Shown: positions 9,419-17,767 of the stretch, piece by piece
How the letters are laid out: each line of letters starts with the position of its first letter
How positions within the stretch are numbered: position 1 is the first letter of the stretch
Virus record (IMG/VR): IMGVR_UViG_3300027747_002957
Strand: one strand, 5' to 3'
Length of the DNA stretch: 64,000 nucleotides
DNA from: an uncultured virus (IMG/VR IMGVR_UViG_3300027747_002957)
Lineage: Duplodnaviria > Heunggongvirae > Uroviricota > Caudoviricetes
Translations under genes and position numbers: made by a program
The notes under the pieces: model-generated
What the model saw: the letters and a program-made list of their open reading frames with translations, nothing else
Database searches by the model: none
What the model was told of the DNA's origin: nothing

Positions 9419-9496
9419 TGGTCGGGGCGGCGAGATTCGAACTCACGACCTCTGGTCCCCCAGACCAGCGCTCTAACCAGGCTGAGCCACGCCCCG
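9419..9496 (-). tRNA. tRNA-Pro(GGG)
   Basis: CTGGT-CTGGGGG-ACCAG, CCA end. Confidence 0.95.
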
Positions 9497-9507
9497 ATAT
9501 GAATTGT

Positions 9508-9666
9508 CTACCAGTGCCTTATCACACCGGCGATGATGAACAGGTTGGTGAGCAGATAGCTCAGCACTATCACTGATCTAACCACTGCTACTCTGTCAGC
9601 GATGCTGGGATCATCGCTGGCTTTCTCACCCAGGCTCTTGGCCCAGATATACCACAGACGCTTCAC
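9508..9666 (-). CDS. small membrane protein
   Basis: GTG-start 52-aa ORF, W.IWAKSLGEKA...TM...IRHW. Confidence 0.65.
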   Translation of the reverse strand: MKRLWYIWAKSLGEKASDDPSIADRVAVVRSVIVLSYLLTNLFIIAGVIRHW

Positions 9667-9688
9667 CCTGTGTTTCCTGTCCGTGTTA

Positions 9689-9771
9689 TGGTGCTGAGTG
9701 AGGGACTCGAACCCCCGATGTTTGTGTTCCGCCTTACAAAAGCGGTGCAGTCGCCACTGTGCCAACTCAGC
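9689..9771 (-). tRNA. tRNA-Thr(TGT), enlarged variable loop
   Basis: CCGCT-TTTGTAA-GGCGG, CCA end. Confidence 0.85.
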
Positions 9772-9835
9772 ATATTATATGACAAAGGCAGCTCAACCAG
9801 CTGCCTTTGTAGTGTACCACCATCGTTCGCAGATA

Positions 9836-10036
9836 TCAAGCAGTCTTCTTGGGCTTGAATGGGCTCTTGTGTGGTTTCTTGGCTTTCTTGGTCTTCTTGG
9901 CCACGGCCTTCTTGGCTACTGTGGCTGTGTTTGCAGCTACCTGATAGCTGTTGCCTGCTGGAAAGCTTGCTGCTTCTGCTGTGCTCACGCCTGCGAACGC
10001 AAGCAGTGCCGCAGCGATGATCAAGGTCTTGGTCAT
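9836..10036 (-). CDS. small exported Lys-rich protein
   Basis: Signal-peptide-like N-terminus MTKTLIIAAALLAF; basic C-terminus; GAGGA RBS. Confidence 0.7.
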   Translation of the reverse strand: MTKTLIIAAALLAFAGVSTAEAASFPAGNSYQVAANTATVAKKAVAKKTKKAKKPHKSPFKPKKTA

Positions 10037-10080
10037 GCTCTGTTCCTCGTTTTGGTCCAACCCCACTGGCTGGACAGTAT

Positions 10081-10108
10081 TATTTACTGACACCCGCTTG
10101 CCTGTCAA
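10081..10108 (-). promoter_or_regulatory. promoter TTGACA-N16-TAAATA
   Basis: Upstream of the 9836-10036 gene. Confidence 0.6.
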
Positions 10109-10117
10109 GCTGAGAAT

Positions 10118-10192
10118 TGGTGGGCGATGAGAGGGTCGAACTCCCGACTGTCTGCGTGTAAAGCAGCTACTCTACCACTGAGTTAATCGCCC
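10118..10192 (-). tRNA. tRNA-Val(TAC)
   Basis: CTGC-TTTACAC-GCAG, CCA end. Confidence 0.93.
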
Positions 10193-10200
10193 GTATCTCT

Positions 10201-10275
10201 TGGTGGACCGCCGGGGTGTCGAACCCCGTCCTGAAGCTTGCAAAGCTACCGTGCTCCCGTTATCACTAGCGGCCC
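10201..10275 (-). tRNA. tRNA-Ala(TGC)
   Basis: Loop TTTGCAA, G3-U70, CCA end. Confidence 0.92.
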
Positions 10276-10283
10276 TTGTTGTA

Positions 10284-10442
10284 TTATATGCGAACTACCG
10301 ACCATTTGCTACCGAATTTCTTGTTCTCGGCTCGGTGCTTGAAGATCTTCCTAAACTCCTCCTTGCGGAGCTCGGAGATGGTCTTCTCGTCGTGGTCGAG
10401 ACAAGCACGATATAGCTTGGAAATCAGCTTCTTTTGCTTCAT
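10284..10442 (-). CDS. small basic hypothetical protein (52 aa)
   Basis: [14 protein letters not shown]... with AAAGGAG RBS and upstream TAAATA; below the ORF-track cutoff. Confidence 0.7.
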   Translation of the reverse strand: MKQKKLISKLYRACLDHDEKTISELRKEEFRKIFKHRAENKKFGSKWSVVRI

Positions 10443-10473
10443 GTTCGTCTCCTTTCATGTGGTATTTAACCAT

Positions 10474-11208
10474 TTATTGACCGGAACCTGTGGTGTTTGC
10501 TAGAGCCAGATTCTGCAGTATTATCCCATCTGGATCATCTGTTGGCACACACTTGTAGTTCTCGCCCAGCACATAAATGTTGCCCGCCAGGCTGATCCTG
10601 TAGTCATCACTGGTATAGAACGGATATACAGTGTGCATGAGCCAACTAGGCCACATCACTATCATGCCTTCCCAGTCCTTTTCTACAGGGAAGTTGAACA
10701 TGGCTATGCGCTCAGTCTTGCCTGGATAGACAAACTGGAAGTTGCTGGTAACATTCACGGTACCTTTGGGAAACAGGTTTTGTTCAGCAGCAATGTCGTA
10801 AGGTATCTGCACCCACACTGTGAAGCTAACCGCACCAGTGTGATTGTGTATGGGATTGAACTCATGCTTCTTCTGGAAGTTAGCCCAGAGATGGCTGAGA
10901 CAGCTGACCTTGTTGCCATAGAGATTGAAATGTTGATTATAAGTCTCGTACATCTCTTCTATGAAACCAAGGAAGCCTGGCACTGGCAGGGGGTCGAACA
11001 TGTATTCTTCCCTGATCATGCCAGCCAGTCCGTGATTAGCAGGAGTTGGATTAGCTGTGTGCTGTTTGAGTATCTCAGCCTTGAGAGCTGTGAGCAAACC
11101 CAGTTCCAGCTTGCCTGCCATGACTGGGATGTCGTCGTTGTCTAAAAGGTTCACACGATTGAACCTACGAGGTTGAATCTGTTTGGCTTTGCGTTTGCTC
11201 TCGCCCAT
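10474..11208 (-). CDS. putative 2OG-Fe(II) oxygenase
   Basis: EFNPIHNH, WPSWLMHTVYP, RISLAGN motifs. Confidence 0.8.
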   Translation of the reverse strand: MGESKRKAKQIQPRRFNRVNLLDNDDIPVMAGKLELGLLTALKAEILKQHTANPTPANHGLAGMIREEYMFDPLPVPGFLGFIEEMYETYNQHFNLYGNKVSCLSHLWANFQKKHEFNPIHNHTGAVSFTVWVQIPYDIAAEQNLFPKGTVNVTSNFQFVYPGKTERIAMFNFPVEKDWEGMIVMWPSWLMHTVYPFYTSDDYRISLAGNIYVLGENYKCVPTDDPDGIILQNLALANTTGSGQ

Positions 11209-11218
11209 GTGTTGCTCC

Positions 11219-12106
11219 TCAGATTTCGCCGTCTGCTGTGACAGTGATGTTGCTGATGCTCCAATACTGGCCGCTGCTGTTGCAGAGGCTGCCCCAGGCA
11301 CAGCTGCCGTTCCACCATGGGCTGCTACCTGGCCCTGCGGGGCTGTAGCCCTGCCAAAAGCTGAGATCCAACCAATAGCCTGTGGCCATGCTAGTGACCA
11401 AGTCCTGCATGTTCACTGTGCCGCTGCCTTCTGCTCCTGAGCCGTCTGCGGTGTCATACACGGTCACGCTGGCACCGTTCTGTGTGTAGGTGACCACCAT
11501 GCGTGGCGTGGTGTAGGTAAACGTGGCTGTCATCACAAAGGGCTTGGTCATGTCGATGATGCCGACCATGCTGTGCAGCCCTGCGCTGGGATCAGCCTTC
11601 ATGGTGCTGTAGTTGAAGCAGGGCGTGTCAGCAGTGGCAGCGAACGCATACTCATAGCGCTGCGGTGCGCTGCTGCCTCCGCTGCCCAGATGCAGGGTGG
11701 TCTGAGTGATCTTGTTGCCGTTGGTCTCTATGAGATCAATCTCTCGGCAGTTCCAGCTGTTGTTGTTGCCACCAGCATCGCAGTAGTTCGCGCCGGTGGG
11801 CTGAACCTTGGGATTGCTGGGATTCTCTGTGAGATAAAAGCTAGCGTTCACGTAGTTCTGCGTGACCTTGCTGAGGTCAATGGTAGCAGTGATTGACGTG
11901 ATGTTGGTGTAACCATGCGTGCTGACCACTCGCCCTGCTGCGCAGGCCGTGCCACTGCCAAAGGTCACTGAGCTGCCACTCACTGTGGGATTGGTGCCGC
12001 AGTTGTTGTAGTCTACCGTGAACGTGGGTGTGTATGTGCCTGCGTGTGCCACGTGATTCCACACAAGGAATCCCAGACAGGCTGCTAATAGAAATAGTTT
12101 CTTCAT
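11219..12106 (-). CDS. secreted glycoside hydrolase, clan GH-B (GH7/GH16-like)
   Basis: Signal peptide; YCDA...CREIDLIETN catalytic-type motif; IDMTKPF. Confidence 0.65.
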   Translation of the reverse strand: MKKLFLLAACLGFLVWNHVAHAGTYTPTFTVDYNNCGTNPTVSGSSVTFGSGTACAAGRVVSTHGYTNITSITATIDLSKVTQNYVNASFYLTENPSNPKVQPTGANYCDAGGNNNSWNCREIDLIETNGNKITQTTLHLGSGGSSAPQRYEYAFAATADTPCFNYSTMKADPSAGLHSMVGIIDMTKPFVMTATFTYTTPRMVVTYTQNGASVTVYDTADGSGAEGSGTVNMQDLVTSMATGYWLDLSFWQGYSPAGPGSSPWWNGSCAWGSLCNSSGQYWSISNITVTADGEI

Positions 12107-12127
12107 GAGTTTTCCTCGTTGGAGTTT

Positions 12128-12202
12128 TGGAGCGAACGGAGGGAATCGAACCCTCGACCAACAGCTTGGAAGGCTGAGACTCTACCACTGAGTTACGTTC
12201 GC
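12128..12202 (-). tRNA. tRNA-Gly(TCC)
   Basis: CAGC-CTTCCAA-GCTG, TCCA end. Confidence 0.95.
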
Positions 12203-12220
12203 ATATTCTAATATAATGAT

Positions 12221-12277
12221 AGTGCCTCAGCAGAGAGATAGTCTAATTGACATCGCTATCTTTTCTGCTGAGGCACT
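12221..12277. repeat. ~21-bp imperfect inverted repeat between two tRNA-Gly genes
   Basis: AGTGCCTCAGCAGAGAGATAG...CTATCTTTTCTGCTGAGGCACT. Confidence 0.8.
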
Positions 12278-12281
12278 GATG

Positions 12282-12397
12282 AGCGGACGAAGGGGGTCGA
12301 ACCCTCGACATCGACCTTCCGGAACACACCTTAACATGCACTAGGGTGCAACAATGTGTTCTGGCAAGGTCGCGCTCTACCACTGAGCTACATCCGC
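12282..12397 (-). tRNA. tRNA-Gly(GCC) with 44-nt insertion at position 37/38, no encoded CCA
   Basis: CGACC-TTGCCA[12361-12318]A-GGTCG; D and T arms canonical. Confidence 0.8.
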
Positions 12398-12408
12398 GTC
12401 TCAAACTT

Positions 12409-12483
12409 TGGTTGCGCAGGCTGGAATTGCACCAGCGTTCTCTTGGTTATGAGCCAAGTGAGTTTCTACTTCTCCACCGCGCA
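12409..12483 (-). tRNA. tRNA-Met(CAT) (initiator-like acceptor stem)
   Basis: CTTGG-CTCATAA-CCAAG, AACCA end. Confidence 0.88.
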
Positions 12484-12518
12484 ATGTAATTATATCTGAA
12501 TTTTCTCTAAGAGCAAGA

Positions 12519-12595
12519 TGGCGGTCACGGTAGGACTCGAACCTACATAAGACGCTTTAGAAGAGCGTTGCCTTGTCCAGTTAGACTACGTGACC
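12519..12595 (-). tRNA. tRNA-Arg(TCT)
   Basis: ACGCT-CTTCTAA-AGCGT, CCA end. Confidence 0.95.
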
Positions 12596-12681
12596 AATGA
12601 CTCTTGCGTTTGTCATCTGTCTGTATTAAATATGTACTGCAGCATGCGTGCTGCGTCAACACACACAGAGGAGATAATACC

Positions 12682-13014
12682 ATGAACAACATGCAGGACT
12701 TTTTCAAGTTTGACTACGCAAAGTTCGCACAGGACGTCGCAGAAAACATGAAGTCAATGAGCGCAATGCCAGAAGTCAAGTTCAACAAGAACGGATATGA
12801 GATCCGCACGCAGCTGCTGGACATTGCCAAAGACGTGGTGCAGTTTGAATACAAGACCAAGATCGGACAGATGGAGTTCAGTGCTCAGCAGGACGACAAG
12901 AAGGGCCAAGTGGTACACACTGTGACCATGCCAGAGGTACCTGGTGTCGACAAGGTGCTAGAAGCAGCTGAGAAGTTTAATGCCTTCATAAATGGAAACG
13001 GCAAGAGCAAGTAA
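12682..13014 (+). CDS. hypothetical phage protein
   Basis: GAGGAG RBS and upstream TAAATA; KNGYEIR motif. Confidence 0.8.
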   Translation: MNNMQDFFKFDYAKFAQDVAENMKSMSAMPEVKFNKNGYEIRTQLLDIAKDVVQFEYKTKIGQMEFSAQQDDKKGQVVHTVTMPEVPGVDKVLEAAEKFNAFINGNGKSK

Positions 13015-13074
13015 TACCAGGGTTAAATACAGGGTCCTGCGGTGCAGGACCCTTTTCCTTGGCGTAAATACCTC

Positions 13075-13998
13075 ATGGCGCACATCACCAACAACAGGCA
13101 GGGTTTTCTCAATGTCACCTGGGAAGTCACCAGCACCTGCAACTACAGCTGCTGGTACTGCGGTGAAGCCCAGCACGATGGCAAATACAGATGGCCTGAC
13201 CTAGATGTTGCGCTGCGTTGGTGGCACAGTATCTGTGACCAGCGACCCAGCGTGCACGCAGATCTCCTAGGTGGCGAACCAACCCTGTGGCCTGATCTGA
13301 GCACTTTCCTCAGGGATAAACCCCAGAACCTCACCGTGGAAGTCAGCACCAATGGCAGTCGCACGCTGCGCTGGTGGGCTGATGTTTGGCCGCTGATGAA
13401 CGGCGCTAGCATCAGCTATCATCCATCGCATGCTGACGTAGATCACATCTATGACCTCTGTGAGCTGCTCAGCGCTGATCCCAGCAAGATACTGCATCTC
13501 AGCCTCATGCTGGATCCCGATCACCTTGATGCGCTGCAGTCACTGTATGTTAGGCTGCTGAGGAGTGGCATGCGCATGACCTGCGATAGCAAGCAGCTAA
13601 CCGTGCGCAATGCCAGGGACCAGCAGAGCATAGAACAGACCCATCGTGATCAGCGCGTGCTGGAGATGATCGCAGGCAACCGTTTCTATCGCAGCTGGCG
13701 GGGCGGGCATCCGGGAGCACCAACTCGCAGCTGGCTGGATGGGGTTGAGTTCAAGACAGCTGACCTCAAGGCCCAGGGCCGCAACAGGTTCCGTGGCTGG
13801 ACCTGCACTGCCGGGCAGGACAGGCTGTTCATCTTAGCTGATGGCACGATCTACAGGGCAGGCTGCAGGCAGGGTGGCCAGATCTCGCAGCTGAACAGCA
13901 CTGCTCCGATAGACTTTGGTGCTCTAGGCACAGTGGTATGCGGCAAGGATGCCTGCTGGTGTGGTCCTGAGATCAGGCTGGAGAAGTGGCTGGATTAA
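13075..13998 (+). CDS. radical SAM protein with C-terminal Cys cluster
   Basis: CNYSCWYC, GGEPT, STNGS. Confidence 0.92.
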   Translation: MAHITNNRQGFLNVTWEVTSTCNYSCWYCGEAQHDGKYRWPDLDVALRWWHSICDQRPSVHADLLGGEPTLWPDLSTFLRDKPQNLTVEVSTNGSRTLRWWADVWPLMNGASISYHPSHADVDHIYDLCELLSADPSKILHLSLMLDPDHLDALQSLYVRLLRSGMRMTCDSKQLTVRNARDQQSIEQTHRDQRVLEMIAGNRFYRSWRGGHPGAPTRSWLDGVEFKTADLKAQGRNRFRGWTCTAGQDRLFILADGTIYRAGCRQGGQISQLNSTAPIDFGALGTVVCGKDACWCGPEIRLEKWLD

Positions 13999-14049
13999 CC
14001 GGCTCCTGCATGCCTGGCCACCAGTGTCAGAGATATCGCCTAGAATGAT

Positions 14050-14126
14050 TGGTGCGATCGGGCGGATTCGAACCGCCAACACCCAGCACCTCAAGCTGGT
14101 GACTCTACCAGTTGGACTACGATCGC
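14050..14126 (-). tRNA. tRNA-Leu(GAG), short variable loop
   Basis: CCAGC-TTGAGGT-GCTGG, CCA end. Confidence 0.9.
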
Positions 14127-14131
14127 ATGCA

Positions 14132-14206
14132 TGGTGGATCCATGGGGAGTCGAACCCCAACCTGCGCCCTGCCGAGGCGCTGTGCTCCCGCTATCACTAT
14201 GGACCC
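14132..14206 (-). tRNA. tRNA-Ala(GGC)
   Basis: GCGCC-TCGGCAG-GGCGC (C33), G3-U70, CCA end. Confidence 0.9.
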
Positions 14207-14211
14207 AGATT

Positions 14212-14286
14212 TGGTGCTCCCAACGGGAGTCGAACCCGTCTCCGCAGATTGAAAGTCTGCTATCCTAGCCGATAGACGATAGGAGC
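14212..14286 (-). tRNA. tRNA-Glu(TTC)
   Basis: GCAGA-CTTTCAA-TCTGC, CCA end. Confidence 0.95.
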
Positions 14287-14328
14287 TGATTATATTGTTA
14301 TGTATAGTAACAGCAGGTATACTGATCC

Positions 14329-14922
14329 ATGCTTGATTACTCAGAACTGAAATTGATCCATGTTGCCAGCCAGGGGCAGTTGATATGCGAACAGCATTAC
14401 GTTGACATGATCCAACGCGAATGCCAAAAGATACTGGCCAGTGGTCATAGATTGGCTGCCAACTACAGCTGGGATAACCTGCAGGTCCGAGAACACCAGA
14501 ACTTTGACATGCTGCTGCATGGTGATGAGATAGTGACTTGGTGCGGATTGTACAACGGCCTTAGATATCCCGCTGGAGTGTTCAGGATCATGAACAGACT
14601 CTATCTGAATCCGCTGTACAGACAGGCCCTGTATCCTGCCTATGCCAGAGACATGATCTATCCCTATCAGCTGGCACAGAACGTGGACAAGATCAAGGTA
14701 CTGTTCCTCAGCCGTGATGACATCAAGGGAAAATTCCATCTCAAGCGCTGGGTTAAATACCACTGCGGTGAGCCTGGTTGGCGCGTGAGCAAAAACATGG
14801 TACAGGTCAGTGACTGCAGGAAACGCAGCTGTTATCAGTACATCGCATTCAAGACCCGCGAACCAGTTGACTGGTTCCCAGACACAGTTACCGAAGCACA
14901 ATGGTTGGAGTTGCCAGAATGA
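14329..14922 (+). CDS. hypothetical protein
   Basis: 197-aa ORF coupled (ATGA) to the desaturase. Confidence 0.75.
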   Translation: MLDYSELKLIHVASQGQLICEQHYVDMIQRECQKILASGHRLAANYSWDNLQVREHQNFDMLLHGDEIVTWCGLYNGLRYPAGVFRIMNRLYLNPLYRQALYPAYARDMIYPYQLAQNVDKIKVLFLSRDDIKGKFHLKRWVKYHCGEPGWRVSKNMVQVSDCRKRSCYQYIAFKTREPVDWFPDTVTEAQWLELPE

Positions 14923-15731
14923 AAACACTATACCTATCCAAGTTCACCAAGTACATAGCCATACCGCAACACCTTCTGGGCGTGCTGGCTATCTATCTGT
15001 TTTTTGAACTACAGCTCAGCTGGTGGTGGCTCGCGCTCAGCTATGTGGGCTGGGTGGTGCTGGGCGTTTTTGGTGTGAGCACCATGTATCACAAGTACTA
15101 TTCGCACAGGGCCTTTGAGTTCAAACCTCAGTATGTCTGGGTTGGCAAGCTGTTCACGCTGCTGGGTGCGCTGTGTGGGCAGGGGTCACCCATCGGCTAC
15201 GCTGCTGTGCACAGGCTCTATCACCATCCCTATGCGGACAAGGATGAGCGTGATCCTCACAGCCCGCATGTGCACGGTTTCTGGCACAGCTACTATGGTT
15301 GGCATTTCAAACCAGCAGTGTTCCAGCTGCGCAAGCTCAAGGACGTGCTGGAAGATCCTTGGGCAACCTGGATACACAAGAACTACTATCGTATATGGTG
15401 GTGCGGACTGCTGATGCTGTCAGTGATAGATTGGCGCTTGGCGCTGTACGGCATGATCATACCAGGTCTGATACATGTGCATGAGATGAACATCCTCAAC
15501 AGCCTCAGCCACATGAAATGGTTTGGATATCGCAACTTTGACACAGATGAGCACAGCGTGAACAACTGGATATTTGGAGTGCTCAGCTGGGGAACTGGTT
15601 ATCACAACAATCATCATGCGGTGCCAAACACTTGGCACAATCAGGTGCGCTGGTTTGAGTTTGATCCATTCAGATACATCATGCCACCTCTGATAGCCAA
15701 GGGTCATGAACCACCGCAGATCAAGGGCTGA
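14919..15731 (+). CDS. fatty acid desaturase (delta-9/OLE1-like)
   Basis: His boxes HKYYSH, HRLYHH, DPHSP, HNNHH. Confidence 0.92.
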   Translation: MKTLYLSKFTKYIAIPQHLLGVLAIYLFFELQLSWWWLALSYVGWVVLGVFGVSTMYHKYYSHRAFEFKPQYVWVGKLFTLLGALCGQGSPIGYAAVHRLYHHPYADKDERDPHSPHVHGFWHSYYGWHFKPAVFQLRKLKDVLEDPWATWIHKNYYRIWWCGLLMLSVIDWRLALYGMIIPGLIHVHEMNILNSLSHMKWFGYRNFDTDEHSVNNWIFGVLSWGTGYHNNHHAVPNTWHNQVRWFEFDPFRYIMPPLIAKGHEPPQIKG

Positions 15732-15736
15732 ATGAC

Positions 15737-16516
15737 ATGCCCGCACTGAGCCTTTACGCACGCACATTGATGATACCGCTACATCTGCTGTTCGCAGCAG
15801 GCATCTGCCTGCTGCCATGGCACTGGTACGATCTGGCCATTGGTTTCCTAGCCTGGATGGTCATAGGTGCAGTGGGTGTTGAGATAGGTCTGCACAGGCT
15901 GTTTTCGCACAGGTCATTCAGCTGCAGCAAGACCATGAGCAGGATCATAGCAGTGATTGGCTGTTATGGAGCTCAATGGTCTCCCATTTGGTGGGTAGCA
16001 CTACATCAGGGCTATCATCATCCTCATGCAGACGGTGAGTCAGATCCTCACTCACCTAACAAAGGCCTATGGCATGCGTTCATGGGCTGGTATTTCACGG
16101 TCGATCCCAATGAAATAAATCTCAAGGCAGCCAAGCGCTTGCTCATGGATCCATTCCAGCTGGCACTGCACAGGCACTATCTCTGGGTATTCTGGACTCC
16201 AATTGTGCTGCTGGGTCTCTGTGACGCAGAACTATGCTTGTGGATTTTTATCATACCGGCACTGCTGAGCTTCCATCAAGAGAATCTGGTTAACCTGTTT
16301 TGCCATCTGCCTCGCTGGGGCTACAGGAACCACGACATCAGTGACGAAAGCTGCAACAATCTCTTGCTGGGTTGGTTCGCATGGGGTGCTGGCTATCACA
16401 ACAACCATCATGCCAAACCCCACACCTACTCATTTGGAGAGCGTTGGTTTGAACCAGACGTGTGTGGCATCTTGGTTCCGGCTATATTGACAGTTGATCG
16501 CGCACTGTTCCAGTGA
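15737..16516 (+). CDS. fatty acid desaturase (delta-9/OLE1-like)
   Basis: His boxes HRLFSH, HQGYHH, DPHSP, HNNHH. Confidence 0.92.
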   Translation: MPALSLYARTLMIPLHLLFAAGICLLPWHWYDLAIGFLAWMVIGAVGVEIGLHRLFSHRSFSCSKTMSRIIAVIGCYGAQWSPIWWVALHQGYHHPHADGESDPHSPNKGLWHAFMGWYFTVDPNEINLKAAKRLLMDPFQLALHRHYLWVFWTPIVLLGLCDAELCLWIFIIPALLSFHQENLVNLFCHLPRWGYRNHDISDESCNNLLLGWFAWGAGYHNNHHAKPHTYSFGERWFEPDVCGILVPAILTVDRALFQ

Positions 16517-16589
16517 TGGTAGGTTGAAAACCTGTGCCCTGGAATGTAATCGGGACGTGGCCTGGGATAATCAGGAAGGGCGCTGAGCA

Positions 16590-16663
16590 TGGAGGTCTGG
16601 GAGGGAATCGAACCCCCGTGGGTGGATTTGCAGTCCACAGCGTGGCCACTCCGCCACCAGACC
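16590..16663 (-). tRNA. tRNA-Cys(GCA)
   Basis: GTGGA-CTGCAAA-TCCAC, TCCA end. Confidence 0.95.
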
Positions 16664-16701
16664 AATAGCATTACTATGTGATCAAAGTCAATTGATGTCT
16701 A

Positions 16702-16778
16702 TGGCGACCTGCAGGGGTAACGATCCCCTCATCTCTAGCGTGACAGGCTAGCGTCTTCACCGTGCCGACTCGCAGGCC
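16702..16778 (-). tRNA. tRNA-Asp(GTC)
   Basis: CTAGC-CTGTCAC-GCTAG, GCCA end; atypical T-loop ATCGTTA. Confidence 0.9.
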
Positions 16779-16784
16779 ATTGTG

Positions 16785-16859
16785 TGGTGCCCGAGGATGG
16801 GATTGAACCACCGACGCGGAGCTCTTCAGGCTCCCGCTCTACCACTGAGCTACCCGGGC
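16785..16859 (-). tRNA. tRNA-Phe(GAA)
   Basis: GGAGC-CTGAAGA-GCTCC, CCA end. Confidence 0.95.
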
Positions 16860-16864
16860 TGAAT

Positions 16865-16940
16865 TGGTGCTTACATCAGGCATCGAACCTGATTATCCGC
16901 CGTATGAAAGCGGTGAGATGGCCAACACCTCCCTGCAAGC
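16865..16940 (-). tRNA. tRNA-Met/Ile2(CAT)
   Basis: CCGCT-TTCATAC-GGCGG, CCA end. Confidence 0.85.
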
Positions 16941-17309
16941 TCACTTAACGTTCTGATAAGCGCTTTTCTCGTTCTTGAAATAGTTGTGCGGATCTACCGC
17001 AGCCTTGCTCTTGCGGCGATTGATCATGCCGCTCTTGGTGGTCGCGCTGGCTATGGTCTGATACTCGTCTAATCCAGGCAGATTGGGTTGCGTCTGCTGT
17101 GACCGCATCAAGTCTCTGAGATGAGTGGCATAGGCATGCTTGGTCATGTCGTCTAGCTCTGTCCAAGGCTTGCGGCGCGTGCTCAACAGCGTGAGCATGA
17201 CCTGTGGTAGATCGGGCATAGCGGTTTGGCTGCGATCCCAGTGACGGGCTGCGAACTCTGGATTGGCTACCGGTTGAGTGGTTTCTGACAGTAGATCTGC
17301 TATCTTCAT
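16941..17309 (-). CDS. hypothetical protein (MKIADLLSE N-terminus)
   Basis: 122 aa directly after TAAATA. Confidence 0.75.
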   Translation of the reverse strand: MKIADLLSETTQPVANPEFAARHWDRSQTAMPDLPQVMLTLLSTRRKPWTELDDMTKHAYATHLRDLMRSQQTQPNLPGLDEYQTIASATTKSGMINRRKSKAAVDPHNYFKNEKSAYQNVK

Positions 17310-17316
17310 CAGATAT

Positions 17317-17580
17317 TTAGTGCAGAGTCCTGGTGGTCGGAGCCTCAGCCTCGATGGCTTCGAATTCTGCTATCAAGCTCTCTTTGACATGATCAGGTAA
17401 TGCTTCCCAGTCTTCTGCTGTGACCTCTGAGCTCTCAGCGAGTAAATCATCGCTGTTTAGCTTGGCTGTGATGGCAGCGACCAGCTCATCTAATTCTTGC
17501 TGCGTGCCTTCAAAGTCATCAAAAGCGCCTGGTGCGAACACTATCTTGAACTCTGGTTTGGTGTTTGCGTCGTCGGTCAT
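17317..17580 (-). CDS. acidic hypothetical protein
   Basis: 87 aa, AAAGGA RBS. Confidence 0.8.
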   Translation of the reverse strand: MTDDANTKPEFKIVFAPGAFDDFEGTQQELDELVAAITAKLNSDDLLAESSEVTAEDWEALPDHVKESLIAEFEAIEAEAPTTRTLH

Positions 17581-17601
17581 AGATAGCGTCCTTTCTCAAA
17601 T

Positions 17602-17676
17602 TGGCACCGGTGCTAGGATTCGAACCTAGAATGACGGTTTTGGAGACCGCAGTGATAGCCGTTTCACCACACCGAT
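17602..17676 (-). tRNA. tRNA-Trp(CCA)
   Basis: GCGGT-CTCCAAA-ACCGT, GCCA end. Confidence 0.95.
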
Positions 17677-17682
17677 ATGTAA

Positions 17683-17760
17683 TGGTGCCCCACCTCCGAT
17701 TCGAACGGAGAACCTCTTGCTTCTAAGGCAAGCACCTCTAACCAGTTGGGCTAGTGGGGC
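17683..17760 (-). tRNA. tRNA-Leu(TAG), short variable loop
   Basis: CTTGC-CTTAGAA-GCAAG, CCA end. Confidence 0.9.
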
Positions 17761-17767
17761 ATTAACT

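Noticed and set aside
12318..12361. Group I intron or canonical BHB intron in tRNA-Gly
   Set aside because: Too short for a ribozyme, and positions 32-35 do not form the 4-bp BHB helix; kept only as an unexplained insertion
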